A stretch of DNA of 63,961 bases, the filler included, from Octopus bimaculoides (lineage: Eukaryota): NCBI RefSeq assembly GCF_001194135.2. It is 4 parts of 4 records of this genome, joined end to end, with 100 filler letters (N's around TTAATTAATTAA, not from the genome) between each part and the next. Parts side by side here need not be neighbours in the genome. Positions count along the whole stretch, not along the records: positions 35,511 to 60,000 come from NC_068986.1; 3 more parts are not named here. One strand, given 5' to 3'. Every line of letters starts with the position of its first letter. Positions within the stretch are counted from its first letter, which is position 1. The position numbers were made by a program, and so were the translations under genes. The notes beneath the pieces were generated by a model that saw only the letters and a program-made list of their open reading frames with translations, was not told the origin of the DNA and made no database searches. Below are positions 42,137 through 55,750 of the stretch, piece after piece.

Positions 42137-42262
42137 CAACACACTGCTTCTTATTCTCCCCCACTAGTCTGTAGCCTGTCCTACATTGACATTTATAACT
42201 TCCAATAGAATTTTCACAGATATGTTGACAGTCACCATTTTCTGTTGAACATTCATCAATAT
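42137..42262 (-). CDS. Internal exon encoding a calcium-binding EGF-like domain (extracellular multi-EGF protein)
   Basis: tttttaccag|AT...G|gtaagt, 126 nt, phase 1-1; [42 protein letters not shown] has six Cys, the D-I-D-E-C Ca-binding motif and C-x-N-x-x-G-S-Y hydroxylation consensus. Confidence 0.95.
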
Positions 42263-42476
42263 CTGGTAAAAAAAAAAAAAAACCAAAAGAAGCAAACAAG
42301 CAAGTGAGAATAATTCAATTCTCATTTTCCCAAATTAAATTAGTAGGAGCTGATTACCTGATACAAAATTCACAAAATTCATGCTCATGTATATGAATAC
42401 ATACATACATAAATATAAGCATACATATTTAAATGTAGATAGCAAGATAGATAAACAGACAGATGGGTAGTCAAAA

Positions 42477-42516
<40 letters not shown>

Positions 42517-43326
42517 NNNNNNNNNNNNNNNNNNNNNNNNNNNNNNNNNNNNNNNNNNNNNNNNNNNNNNNNNNNNNNNNNNNNNNNNNNNNNNNNNNNN
42601 NNNNNNNNNNNNNNNNNNNNNNNNNNNNNNNNNNNNNNNNNNNNNNNNNNNNNNNNNNNNNNNNNNNNNNNNNNNNNNNNNNNNNNNNNNNNNNNNNNNN
42701 NNNNNNNNNNNNNNNNNNNNNNNNNNNNNNNNNNNNNNNNNNNNNNNNNNNNNNNNNNNNNNNNNNNNNNNNNNNNNNNNNNNNNNNNNNNNNNNNNNNN
42801 NNNNNNNNNNNNNNNNNNNNNNNNNNNNNNNNNNNNNNNNNNNNNNNNNNNNNNNNNNNNNNNNNNNNNNNNNNNNNNNNNNNNNNNNNNNNNNNNNNNN
42901 NNNNNNNNNNNNNNNNNNNNNNNNNNNNNNNNNNNNNNNNNNNNNNNNNNNNNNNNNNNNNNNNNNNNNNNNNNNNNNNNNNNNNNNNNNNNNNNNNNNN
43001 NNNNNNNNNNNNNNNNNNNNNNNNNNNNNNNNNNNNNNNNNNNNNNNNNNNNNNNNNNNNNNNNNNNNNNNNNNNNNNNNNNNNNNNNNNNNNNNNNNNN
43101 NNNNNNNNNNNNNNNNNNNNNNNNNNNNNNNNNNNNNNNNNNNNNNNNNNNNNNNNNNNNNNNNNNNAAATTTTCAGTATGTTGGAGAAGCAACTCAATT
43201 GCTAATCCCTGTATATTTATGATGATAAATAGTTTTACCGATAAAGGTTTTTTTCATACTGAACTACTTGGCAAAATTGTTAATTATTAATTCTATTATT
43301 AATTGACGATTCTCTGCCCTTATTCT

Positions 43327-43400
<74 letters not shown>

Positions 43401-43463
43401 AAAATAGATAAATAAATAGACAGCAGAATATATAAGTATAGCAATGTAAATATCATGACTTAC

Positions 43464-43583
43464 CTTTACACCATTTATTATCTACAAGACGATAACCAGG
43501 GTTGCAAGAACATTTGTAGTTTCCAATAGTATTGGTACAAATCTGTTCACAGAGACCATTTTGAACAGAACAGTCATCAACAT
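43464..43583 (-). CDS. Internal exon encoding a second calcium-binding EGF-like domain (not in the ORF track), upstream of the 42137-42262 exon
   Basis: ttttatatatactag|AT...G|gtaagt, 120 nt, phase 1-1; [40 protein letters not shown]; splices in frame to the next exon. Confidence 0.95.
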
Positions 43584-43690
43584 CTAGTATATATAAAAAA
43601 AAATTTCAAATGTAAAACTCTTTCCGTATTTGAAAATATCTTTTTCCTTTCACATCCACAAAATTAAAATATTGATAAACTGAGCCACAT

Positions 43691-44297
43691 TACAAGGAGG
43701 CACTCAAAAATAACTGGAAATGTTCTCTGTGGGACAAGCCCATTGTAGTTCAGTGAGGTTACAAGGATGTTGCCATGAGAAAAACACAAATTTATGAGTG
43801 GTTTCCATGCTTTAGGAATGGTTACTTGTCGCTTGAAGACCAACCTTGTTAAAGGTGACCAGCAACCTCTCGAACAAATGAAAACATCATGAAAATTCAT
43901 GAACTGATCTTGGAGGACCATCACTGAACAACTGATGAAAAATTTGTGCCTCACTTGCTCACAAACGATCAAAAGCAGTCATAACTGAACGCTTGTCATG
44001 AACTGAAAGAACAATTGGAAGTTGATCCAGACCTTTTTTTCAAAGGTCAACACTGGTGATGAAAACTGGTGCTATGGAATATGCAGATGTGGAAGAGGTA
44101 AGGAAAAAGATGATGGCGGTGTTAAAATACATCACTTTGCAAGCGTTCCAACACAGCTTTGAACATTGGAAAGCATATCTGGACCAATACATTGCTTCAA
44201 ATGGAGAATTCTTTGAAGACGACAAAAATGTAAATGTAAAATGAAGTGAATAAAATAATATTACAAAATTCTAGTTTCTTTTGGGTACCCCATCATA
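43691..44297 (+). mobile_element. Internally deleted mariner with both TIRs (non-autonomous)
   Basis: Left tacaaggaggcactcaaaaataactggaa resembles the reverse complement of right attctagtttcttttgggtaccccatcata; remnants KFVPHLLTNDQKQ...SKVNTGDENWCYG joined directly to ADVEEVRKKMM...DQYIASNGEFFE. Confidence 0.8.
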
Positions 44298-44449
44298 TAA
44301 CCAGATATTCTTTCTCATTTAAGAAAAAAAAAAAACACAACCTCCCAAATCTTCTCTACTAAACTCAAAGATGCATTACATCTTAATACTATTGGGAATT
44401 TTTCTGTCTAAAAAAATAAATAATAATATGCATTTACATATTTCCCCAA

Positions 44450-44495
44450 GACACCTGATGAAGGCTGGAAGGTATATCAGCTGAAACGTTGTTTT
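44450..44495 (+). ncRNA. Minimal type I hammerhead motif in a dispersed repeat (Penelope pLTR-like)
   Basis: gacac CTGATGA a ggctg-gaaggtatat-cagct GAAA CG T T gtttt; palindromic ACGT helix III; one mismatch in stem I (the related repeat at about 17380 has gtgtt there). Confidence 0.55.
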
Positions 44496-47154
44496 AGCAA
44501 CAAACAAGATGAGGACAAATATCTGTCAAATGTAAATAATGTATTTAATTCCTCATCTCTTAAATATAGAACTGAATAATATGCCTGTCTCTCTCTGTTA
44601 GGATGTTAGGCAAAAAGGTTGAAGGGAAATAATTTTTCATTAACTTTTGACAAGCAGATTTCGTTTTTAAAATCTTAACCGTAATAATATAATTTGTCAA
44701 AAAAAAAACAACAAAAAATGCAGAAATTGAATCACAGTTATTGAATTTGATTTTTATAGCAACTATCTGTAACATTTCTCCACACAGTGATTGAAAGAAT
44801 GCACAGATTACAGAACCACAGAGAAAGATGAGAGGTGAGTTGAAAAAAATGTTTGTGAAGAGTATAATTAAAGTAGCTGTCACTTTTGTTGAAATGGTTA
44901 GTCTAGTACTTAATCAAATATGTGGTCTATATCTTAGAACTAGAGGCTTAAAAAAATGTATTATTCTTTTTTTGATGAAATATTAAATTTTCTTTTCTTT
45001 CCTTGTGGTACCTCCTATGGATTGCAATTATTTCTAATCTCCCTGAATTCTAGCAATTATGCTTACTCATGTAGTTACTGGTACATTATCAATATAAAAG
45101 ACTTTATTACTATATATATATCACTTTTGACACCAGTAGCTACATAGAGAACAAACAAGTGCTGACTGGCTTGTGTGACTGTTGTTTGAAATGATTTGTG
45201 GCATTCTTTGGATTTGAAGACTTATATTCAAATGGGAACTTTTTTAAAATGTCAGTGTATCTCATAGCAGAGATGTCATAAAGAATGTGTATTTCACTAT
45301 CATCTGTCATCATTTATCTATCAAACACCTCATGTTGAACGTGAACTGACTCATTTTCTGTACATAATCAGAAACATTTTATGTACAAGCTAGCATAGTA
45401 CCAACTCATTTCTCATAAAAAATGTTTATCATATTCATAGGTACAGTTGAACTCAACATTGTAAGCTAATAAAATGCACAATTATATGAGAGATGCATTA
45501 CTTATAGCAGCAACTATACTAGTCTGTGGTACTTTACTTTGAGGTAGGTAAATGAGTCATCGATAAAAGTTACATTCTTAGCCATAGAATTACTGTAACA
45601 CTTTTGATTGGATACAGGCCACTAGCCCTTCAAGCAGTTGTTTGGCGCCTTGTCAACTATCTGCAAATCTGTTTTGCACTAACTTTGATAATTTTATCCT
45701 GAAAATTTGTTTTATTAAAGTAACTGCTGAAAATAGGCTTGGAAAATAGAATAGGAGACAGAGATATGTTAACTGGCTATGATAAAGGAGATCTGTTAGT
45801 TCAACTCAGAAGAGCAGACTGTTATGATAATAGCAAAAGAGACAGATAGAAGAAACATGTTTGCAAGTTTTGGTAAGTTTTTGTTAATTAGTCAATTTTT
45901 TTGTTTTTGTTTTTAATAGAATCTAGATGTTTGCATATGTAGATCATGATCATTCCATATACGGGAATCGTTTTCTAACGTGAGTATTGCTTGTATTTTG
46001 TAATAGGTCAGCCAATGGTTCTGAAAAAAAGTCAAGTTTCAGAGGTAGTTTTTGTAATGTTTTATACATGTGAGGTTGCCGTGGATATTGTGAGATCTAG
46101 CATTTATAGTAACTTTGAGGACTATAATTGTACACTTTTCATGTAAAAGGAGGCTTGATGTGTAAGACTGTTTACTTGAATGCATAGTGGTTGTAGCTTT
46201 GTGCTGTTGCAAGAGACCAGGATTTTGTGTTTGCATTAAAAAGTGTTTTCATTGGCTCTGTCCATGGAGATAGTGCAAATCTGGTTGTATGTTTAAGGTT
46301 CTTCTGATCCATGAATATGTTTGTTTTGTTAGAAAGGACAGTAAGTAGATTGAAGACAGTGGAAAACTGAAACAGCCTTACATTTCACGGAGTTAATATG
46401 ACAGCTTTGTCAACACATCTTGCAAGGGAGGTATATGAAAGGAAACATTTAATTCCTCAAAGAAGAGATGGACTGAGCTTATAGATGGGCAGCTTAACTA
46501 GAGATTCTCACACCAATTTTTTGCTTATGTATTCAAGAATAAGAGACCAATGGTACATGATATAAGATTTATGTGCCAACAGAACTAGCTCTACAGGAAA
46601 CATACTGGAGAAAGACTCAAGATCATGGAGGAAGTTGCTGTTTGTGACTATATCCATGATGCTTGAAATGTTGAAAATGAAGGAAATAGATTAGTAGTTG
46701 ATAAGCTTATAGAGGCCTTGCTTTCTTGGGAGTAGGATACTTTGCAATGTGTTTCTATGAATTAGGATACATCTCTAAAGTGTGTTTGTGTGTGTGTGTG
46801 TGTGTGTATGTGTGTGTATGAGTATGTGCATGCATGCATATGTGTGTGTGCATGTGTGTGTATGGTATACTGTTGGAAGCAAAGCAGGCTGCAAATATGG
46901 TGGTTTTATCAGTGAGAATGCTATTTTATAACATTTATTATAATATATACTGTGCAGGTCGATAACCATTTCACACTTCAGTTTCTTTTAGTACTCAGCA
47001 AATTTCTTTCCAGATTATTTCCTCTTAATAGACATTTATGAAGCTCTCTAAATTACTGTTTAATCTCTGATGGGATACTATTGAAAACTACTTTATATTC
47101 TAGCTTTTAAATATTTTATTTTTCCAATTTTCAATTTAACTTACAATGATGTCT

Positions 47155-48305
47155 AACATTTCCATGTAATTGAATGTTTACTGATTTGAAACACTTGGTG
47201 CTGTAATATGTGCTTGTATATTGTCTGTGTATATGAATTTACAAGCATGTGGGTAATTTCTTTTAAGTAGATACTGGGCAAGAGACAGTGTTAATATTTT
47301 CAGGTTTTCACAAGCAAGGAGATTGGGTCAAATGGATGCTACTAATATTTCTGATGTTCAGCTAAATCTTTAGAATGTCAGCGAATGAGGAAAAAGCAGG
47401 AAAGAAATGCCAAAGTATGTTTGTGTATGTGTTCATATAAAAATTTGTGCATATACATACGCCACTCNNNNNNNNNNNNNNNNNNNNNNNNNNNNNNNNN
47501 NNNNNNNNNNNNNNNNNNNNNNNNNNNNNNNNNNNNNNNNNNNNNNNNNNNNNNNNNNNNNNNNNNNNNNNNNNNNNNNNNNNNNNNNNNNNNNNNNNNN
47601 NNNNNNNNNNNNNNNNNNNNNNNNNNNNNNNNNNNNNNNNNNNNNNNNNNNNNNNNNNNNNNNNNNNNNNNNNNNNNNNNNNNNNNNNNNNNNNNNNNNN
47701 NNNNNNNNNNNNNNNNNNNNNNNNNNNNNNNNNNNNNNNNNNNNNNNNNNNNNNNNNNNNNNNNNNNNNNNNNNNNNNNNNNNNNNNNNNNNNNNNNNNN
47801 NNNNNNNNNNNNNNNNNNNNNNNNNNNNNNNNNNNNNNNNNNNNNNNNNNNNNNNNNNNNNNNNNNNNNNNNNNNNNNNNNNNNNNNNNNNNNNNNNNNN
47901 NNNNNNNNNNNNNNNNNNNNNNNNNNNNNNNNNNNNNNNNNNNNNNNNNNNNNNNNNNNNNNNNNNNNNNNNNNNNNNNNNNNNNNNNNNNNAACATTTC
48001 CATGTAATTGAATGTTTACTGATTTGAAACACTTGGTGCTGTAATATGTGCTTGTATATTGTCTGTGTATATGAATTTACAAGCATGTGGGTAATTTCTT
48101 TTAAGTAGATACTGGGCAAGAGACAGTGTTAATATTTTCAGGTTTTCACAAGCAAGGAGATTGGGTCAAATGGATGCTACTAATATTTCTGATGTTCAGC
48201 TAAATCTTTAGAATGTCAGCGAATGAGGAAAAAGCAGGAAAGAAATGCCAAAGTATGTTTGTGTATGTGTTCATATAAAAATTTGTGCATATACATACGC
48301 CACTC
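47155..48305. repeat. 313-bp apparently identical duplication flanking an N gap (probable unmerged contig overlap)
   Basis: 47155-47467 matches 47993-48305 and both copies abut the gap. Confidence 0.85.
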
Positions 48306-49093
48306 TATATATATGATTTTGTGCATGTGTGTTTGTGTAAGAACAGTTGTGTGTTTGTGCAGGAACAGTTGTGTGTTTGTGTGTATAGAGATGGGGGTGA
48401 ATCTCTAATTGCCTTTACCATTGACTAATTCCAAAATCTTAGTGTTTCTGTATAACTGTCAACCTTTTGCTTTTAAGAAATTTGTCTTCTCTCTTATTCA
48501 GTTAGACACAGTACTAAATTACATACATTTTTCAATTCAAAAACCATTATTATAAACCATAATTTTGTAATTTAATATCTTTGACAATCAAATCAAATAC
48601 TTATCATTTTCATAATTGTCATAGTTTCTTTTTCACTTTAGATAAGCTGGTATGCTAACAACAAGACTCTACCAACTCTATCAATTCATATTTCAATTCT
48701 GAGTAGAGTTGCAACTTGCTGAATCCTTATTGTAGTTCACAGCTAAATAAAAAAAAAAACTGACTGACAGGCTGTAGCCTATTCTGTTACCATTTTCTCA
48801 CAAAAGAGCTTCTTTGTGCTTGTTCCAACTGTTATTAATAGCAACCAAATCTAACTATCTTAAGAAGTGTGAGAACAAGAAAATGTGCCCTTGATACTGC
48901 CTGAAAAGATAGGATTTTATAGGTGGAACGCCAGGATCAGAGTTGACAAAGAGCTAAAGAAAACAACTACAGCAACAACATCAATACCAACAACAGCAAC
49001 AGTCATAGCAACAGCCTTCAGTTGACCAAAAGTTTGTGACTTTCCAGTGAAACTGAGTAAAGCACAGTGTGTATACATATATACATACATACA

Positions 49094-49129
<36 letters not shown>

Positions 49130-49238
49130 NNNNNNNNNNNNNNNNNNNNNNNNNNNNNNNNNNNNNNNNNNNNNNNNNNNNNNNNNNNNNNNNNNNNNNN
49201 NNNNNNNNNNNNNNNNNNNNNNNNNNNNNNNNNNNNNN

Positions 49239-49271
<33 letters not shown>

Positions 49272-50099
49272 CATACTATCTATTAAATAATCCTTCCTTT
49301 TCTCTACGGCTTCTTATTGCTATCTCTACTGCCCAGGGCGAAAATGCCCATTCATAATGTCCACTTCTGCCCGTAGCATATATATAAAATACCTTTCACA
49401 CATGTTCCCCTCTCAGACTTTCATTTGGCTCATTCCAGTGTTTGGTTATTGTTGGCACCCACGTTAGGCACTGCTAAGCTAAGATATTCTTTGTTTTTTT
49501 TTATTGCTTCATTCATTCATCCATCTAACATGCATTATTACTAATATGTACTTTCATAAACTAATTATGTAAATTGACTCTTCAGTATATGACTTCCAAA
49601 TCCTAATCTCTTTCTCTCTCTCTCTCTCAGCCTTAGTTTTTCTCCTTAATTCTTTATGTAATTTCCAAATTGAAATTTGTTTAAAGCCTTAATTTTCTTT
49701 TCCTCCTGTGTTTTCATGTTGGCTAAATATTTTTTCACACTCTCTTAATCCTTACTTCTTTTTTTCTCCCTGTGTTCATGTTGGATAAATACTTTTCATA
49801 CTATCTCTTAAATAATCCTTGCTTGTTCACGATGTGCCTGCCCCCACCACCAATATCCCCCCCTACTACCAATACCAGATATTTTGCTTCTCTCACTGGA
49901 AACCTCGTCCCTCACTGGTGGTCTCTTCTATCATACTTGTAATCTTGCCTCCCTCCTCTCTCCCAGGACTAACACAATCAGTTTAGCAGCCCACCTACTT
50001 AATCCAACATTGGCACATTGATATTCATATTTACTTTAATTTATTTGTATTTATATCTGCAGCACCAATAATGCTTACATTTACAATGTTCATAATGCT

Positions 50100-51255
50100 T
50101 ATACTTACAATATCACTAACATTTACTCTTACCCCTAGTAGAGGTAACAATCTTAACATGCTTGAATGTTTGAATGACGACAGGCCAAAAGTGAGAACAG
50201 GTGTAGCATGTCTATCAAACGAACACGGAAACCTTCTTTTCAGGCACTGAACAAGATCTCCCCTTCCCAGGTTTCCTCCCAGATTCCTTTCCCAGTTTCT
50301 AGAGTTGGCACTGCAAATGTAGGCACATTGAAAGGTAAGTCTAGCTAGATTGTAGAAATGCTTGAATGGAGACGTGTTGATGTATGCTGCATACAAGAGG
50401 TATGGTGGAGAGGAGCGTCAGCCAGGGTCCTTACAGGCAAGGCACATAGGTATAAAATCTTCTGGGAAGGTAACAGCAACGGAGTGGGGGTAGGCATACT
50501 TCTCGCAGAAAAATTAGTGGATAAGGTCATAGAAGCAGTCAGGGTGTGTGATAGAGTGCTTAAGCTCAGGCTAGTCTTGAAGAATAGTATAGCTACAATT
50601 ATCTCTGCCTATGCCCCAAAGACAAGTGACAATGACCTCATTTTTGTGGCTGGAGACAGTGGAAAGAATCCATGGAAGAGGGAGACCCAAGAAGACATGG
50701 GATGAGATGGTGAAGCATGACCTTCAAACGTTAGGCCTCATAGAGGCAACAAGGGACCAAGACCTTTGGAGATATGCTGTGATTGAGAAGACCTGGCAAG
50801 TAAAGTGAAATCACAGCTGTAGCCTATTCCAGTGTTGCATAACCAGCCCATTTAAAAGTACACTTGAATCATTGGGTGATACGCTGCACTTGAGAAGACC
50901 TATTGAGTCAAGTAAAATCAAAATCAAAATCAAAATCAAATCAAGATCGAAATCAAAATGGAAATTGTAGTTCTGGCCAATGCCAGTGCCGCCTGACTCG
51001 CACCCATGCTGGTAGCATTTAAAAAGCACCATCTGAATGTGGTCGATGTCAGTGCTGCTTGACTGGCTCTCATGCTGGTGGCATGTAAAAAGCACTCACT
51101 ACACTCTCAGAGTGATTGGCGCTGGGTGGGGCATCCAGCTGTAGAAACCTTGCCAGATCAGATTGGAGCCTGGTGCAGCTTACTGATTTGCCACTCCCCC
51201 AGTCAAACCGTCTGACTCATGCTAGCATGGAAAACGGACATTAAACAATGTTGAT
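50100..51255 (+). mobile_element. RTE LINE derivative: APE endonuclease joined directly to the ORF2 C-terminus and 3' UTR (RT deleted)
   Basis: LRVGTANVGTLKGKSS..VEMLEWRRVDVCCIQEVWWRG...GVGILLAE...IISAYAP...FVAGD, then immediately GRGRPKKTWDEMVKHDLQTLGL; (AAATCA)n and GAT-type tail; 5' boundary approximate. Confidence 0.8.
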
Positions 51256-52312
51256 GATATATAATATAAGGGAAATGGAGAGTTTGAACTCAGAAAAAAA
51301 CAATTTATTTGTATAATAGTCAATTTCATATCGCCTACATACTTTCCAATTTTTTACCTTCATTCATATTTTGCAATTAAGCTTGCATTATGCATTTAAA
51401 AGGTAAAAGTCTCTTCAGAGCAAAAACTAACAAATATTCGTTCACATCCTAATGAATGGAGCATTGCTTACCGACTGAGATAGCAGCATACTTTTGTGTG
51501 TTTGTGCTTGTCAGCATGTGTGTCTTTTAGATTCCTTTCTAAAAATAGCTTGAGGCTAAACTATGACCACAGTGGTCAATGGCTAGTTGTAGTTCAGAGG
51601 AACTAGGTCATAGTACCATTCTCCTTAGATCAGTTTTATAAAGGCTGTCTACCACTACTATCTTTACTCACTTTAAAAAGAATGAAAAATAAAATATTAG
51701 CAAGAATCCGAACCAATATATTTATTTGACTTCTACTTATTTAATTGTGAGAATTTCAATTTTTATTACAATTTTATTTATTTAAATGTATTAATCTTAT
51801 TTGTTGATAGTTTAGGTTATTATATATATTATTATTTAAATTAATTTTTATATTAATTTTTATATTTAATGAGATTCACCATGTAGCACATGTATAGAGT
51901 TAGGCTATTTTCAAATGGTGAGGGTACATTTTCTTTTTAAAGTTACTTCCTACATTTATTTTAATTTCTATCATTCACAGAGTGTTTATTTAAATATAAT
52001 TTATTATTTAAAAATTTATTAAATATATGCATATATAAGTATTAACATTAATGATAATACAAATTAATGAATTCCAAAGTATATTAATCGATATGGAGCT
52101 AAACCGGTGTATGCTTGGATAAAATACATCCCTGTGAAAGAGTGACCTCTTTCCATTCAAAACTATATATATATATATATATATAAATATTCATTTATAA
52201 ATACACACATACACACACCTTTTATCTTTTACTTGTTTCACTCATTACACTGCAGACATGCTGGGGCACTGTCTCAAAGAATTTTTGTTGAAATTATATC
52301 CCTCTATCCATC

Positions 52313-52344
<32 letters not shown>

Positions 52345-53409
52345 TATGTATGGTACTTATCTGCTCCTTGCAGAACTTGACCTCTTCTTGTACCTATAAT
52401 TGCTTTTCCCTAGCATAAGATATTGATTTCAAATTTTGGCACAAGGCCAGCAAGTTTGGGAAAGGAAGCAAGTCAATTACACCAACCCCAATACTCAACT
52501 GGTACTTATTTTTATCAACCCCGAAAGGATGAAAGGCAAAGTCGACCTCAGCAGAATTTGAGCACAGTACGTAAGGATGGATGAAATGCAACTAAGCATT
52601 TTGTCTGGCTTGCTCATGATTCTGCCAGCTCACTGCCTTACTAACATGAGATATTAAATGACTTTTGAGCCCTGAAAGGTGTTTGTAGAGCTGATCACAT
52701 ATATTGCAACAGTGTCTCATTTCAGCATTGACTCCATTTTCTGCTTGTTTATTATGAGTGTTCAAGTGGTGTTGCAGACTTTCACATGACTTGCAGGTAT
52801 TTTGACAGACATTGCATTGAAACTGGGCATCCAGAATAAAATTTCAACAGTTCATGTATGCCTTACTCACATGGGCACACTGGTGCAATCTCATACTAGT
52901 GTGAGATAAGCATACATTTGTGCATAAGGAATATTTAAAGAAGGAATAAGAAACTTTTGCAATGCTATTGATATTGAATTCATTTTTTTAATGAAATTTT
53001 ATTTTCCTTTCAAGCTGAAAATCTTTAACACCACTCCAAATTGTAGCTCTCCATGCTTTCCTATCTGCTTAATGTGATTCAAGACTTTTGTAACATATGG
53101 CTATGATCTGGAGTACCTAATTCTTTGATTTCCTTTCACTGGATTACCCTACCCTTTGATTGTGCTACATCTTTGAATTCCCTTGGAGTATATCGTTTTT
53201 ATACCGTTGATTGTGAATTCGTTATGACACTTTCATTTCTCATCTCTTCTTCTTTTCTTACCTCCCCTCCATCAATCCTCCTTACACCACATCATCACCA
53301 TGCCTGACCTTCGTTCCTTCTTCCAGCAACTCCACTTACTTTTCTCCTGCTTCCTTTCCAACTTTACTCCTCAGTGTTTGCAACCCACTGTACACCTCTC
53401 TTACTTGCT

Positions 53410-55750
53410 CTTAAAAAAAAAACTCACTACTCTAGCCACATCTCTGTCTTGAGCCACCATCATGTCATAACCGTGGCTTCCACTTGAAGTTCTACTCTTC
53501 TCCTTTCACTGAACCCATCCTAAATTGCACTTCTCACCTTCTTATCTGTTCCACACTCTCCTGAAATCACTCTCTGGAGAACCAACTTCTGTATGCTCAC
53601 TTTCTTCTCTCCTTTCTTTACCCTCCACCTTTCACCCAATCTATTCTTTGCTTCTTGCATAGTCTCAACCACCAACTCTTCAACTTTCTCACACACACAC
53701 CAAAAACTACAAACTCCATCTCCTCCTCACCTCCCAGCCCTTCCCCACCTCACACCTCTTTCAACCCAACCCTACCCACTCCTGCCCTCACTCCACTCCT
53801 GCCCTCACTCCACTCCTGCCCTCACTCCACTCCTGCCCTCACTCCACTCTTGCTCTCACTCCACTCCTGCCCTCACTCCACTCCTGACCTCACTCCACTC
53901 CTCCACCCCAACGTCTCTCATTTCTCCTCTTCCTCTCCCCTACACTGTGGCCCTACCTCCTAATTCACTCTCACCCTACACCACCCACCCCACTCTCATA
54001 TGTGGTGTAGTCACCATACCACCTGACCCTCCTCTTTCTATAGCTGAACATTTGCTCCTCGCTAAGGGTCTCTACTTTGTACCTTCACACCCCACTGCGA
54101 TGAATTTGGACCCACACTGAGTTGGTCACTCCCTGCACTGCACGAAACTGCATGCCTTCTTCCACATATCTCAACAATTGGGATTGCTTCTCGGAGTTGG
54201 GTTGCTGCCCATCCAACTGGATGCCACCACCTCTAGGCCAGTTCAGCAGCCTAGACTTGTTTGTGAATGACCAACAAGCATGTTAATTGATTTAATTTCA
54301 AAAAAGATTATGATGGCTAAACATCATCAATTGCCAGCTCTTTGCAGCCTGGTGGTGTCAAGCACTGACATTTATATGGAGGAAGTGTTCTGACAGCTTT
54401 GGAACCTCATGTTTTATCACATCCTCTCCTCTGATCCTACCTGCCATGCATGACCTCATATGGTCTTCTGCCCTCCCCTCTACTGCCACCAACCTCATTG
54501 TCTGAACTCTCTGCACCTCCACTGTTTATTTCCTTCCTGAAATTCATAAACCCAATAACCCCTGGCTGCCCCTGTAACTGCTCCACAGAGCACACTTCAG
54601 AATACCTCAACCTCATCCTTTTCCCTTTTGTCACAGCCCTCCCAGTTCAATTACATGCACCAACTATGCCCTCCACCTATTCAGTTCCTTTTCCTTCTCT
54701 CCTGGCCACTCCCATCTCCTCTTCACCATAAACTTAAAATCCCTATACACCATCAACCCCAACAATGACAGTCTCTTAGGCCTTCAGTACTTCCTCAACC
54801 ACCACACTGACCTCATACCAAGCACATCTACACTTCTCCACCTTGTTCTCACCTTTAACTGCTTCACATTCTTAGGTGAGGTCCACCAGCAGGTACCTGG
54901 CATTGCCCTGAGAATGAGAATGGGCCCCAACTTTGCCAAATCATTTGATGGTTATGTCGAGGCCCATATCTTCTCACAGTTCTCCAGACTGATCCCAGAG
55001 CTATACAGTTTGTATACAGACAACTGTATTAGGACTGCCTCCCTTCTAATAAAATCTCACTAATTTTATCTCTTTCATTTCTACCTTTCATCCATCCCTT
55101 GAGTTCATCTCTCTCATCTCCAACACTTTTGTCAACTTCCTTGACATCGCTCTTTCCATTGATCTCCTTGCCCAGTCTCACTACTCCCACCTTCTTCAAA
55201 ACTACTGACTCTAATCTCCACCTCAACTTTCTTCCTCCCACCCCTTTCACACCAAATGGGCCACTCCCTACTTCCAGTTCCTCCATCACTCAGTCTCAAC
55301 ACCCGGCCCTCTTGTGCACTCATTGTGGATACCCCTTCACCCTTGTCCAAGCTGCCCTTACCCATGCCTGTCATGTTGATTGCACTTCATCCTTCTCTCC
55401 TGCTCTACACCCTCTCCTAACTGTACCCCTTTCCCCTCCTTTTCCACCCCTCCACCCTACCCCTTCGTTGGGAAATCCTATGGGCCTTCTATTGTCTCCA
55501 ATCCAATCCTACCACCCTTCCTGTTTTCCCTAATCCACCCCTGCCCTCCTTCAAACATGTCTGTAACCTATGCGATTACTGGTCCACAGACACTACTCCT
55601 CCCCCACTTACACCTATCCTGGATCCTTTCCTTATTCCAGACTCCTTTGCCACATCTGTCTGTTCATCACCAGCATCACCTCCCTGATGGAACTAGCCAA
55701 CACATTATCTGCATCTGGGGCTCTTTCTCCTGCATTTCTTCCAAATGATC
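53410..55750 (+). mobile_element. Penelope-like retroelement, heavily decayed
   Basis: VVTIPPDPPLSIAEHLLLAKGLYFVP; FLPEIHKPNNPG (LPKIHK motif, about 54530); HQQVPGIALRMRMGPNFA...ELYSLYTDNCI (decayed RT motifs, YIDD-like); weak GIY-YIG remnant near 55560; includes a 17-mer tandem repeat at about 53780-53900. Confidence 0.8.

Noticed and set aside
47155-48305. Tandem 313-bp duplication
   Set aside because: Apparently identical copies directly abut a gap; most likely an unmerged contig overlap.
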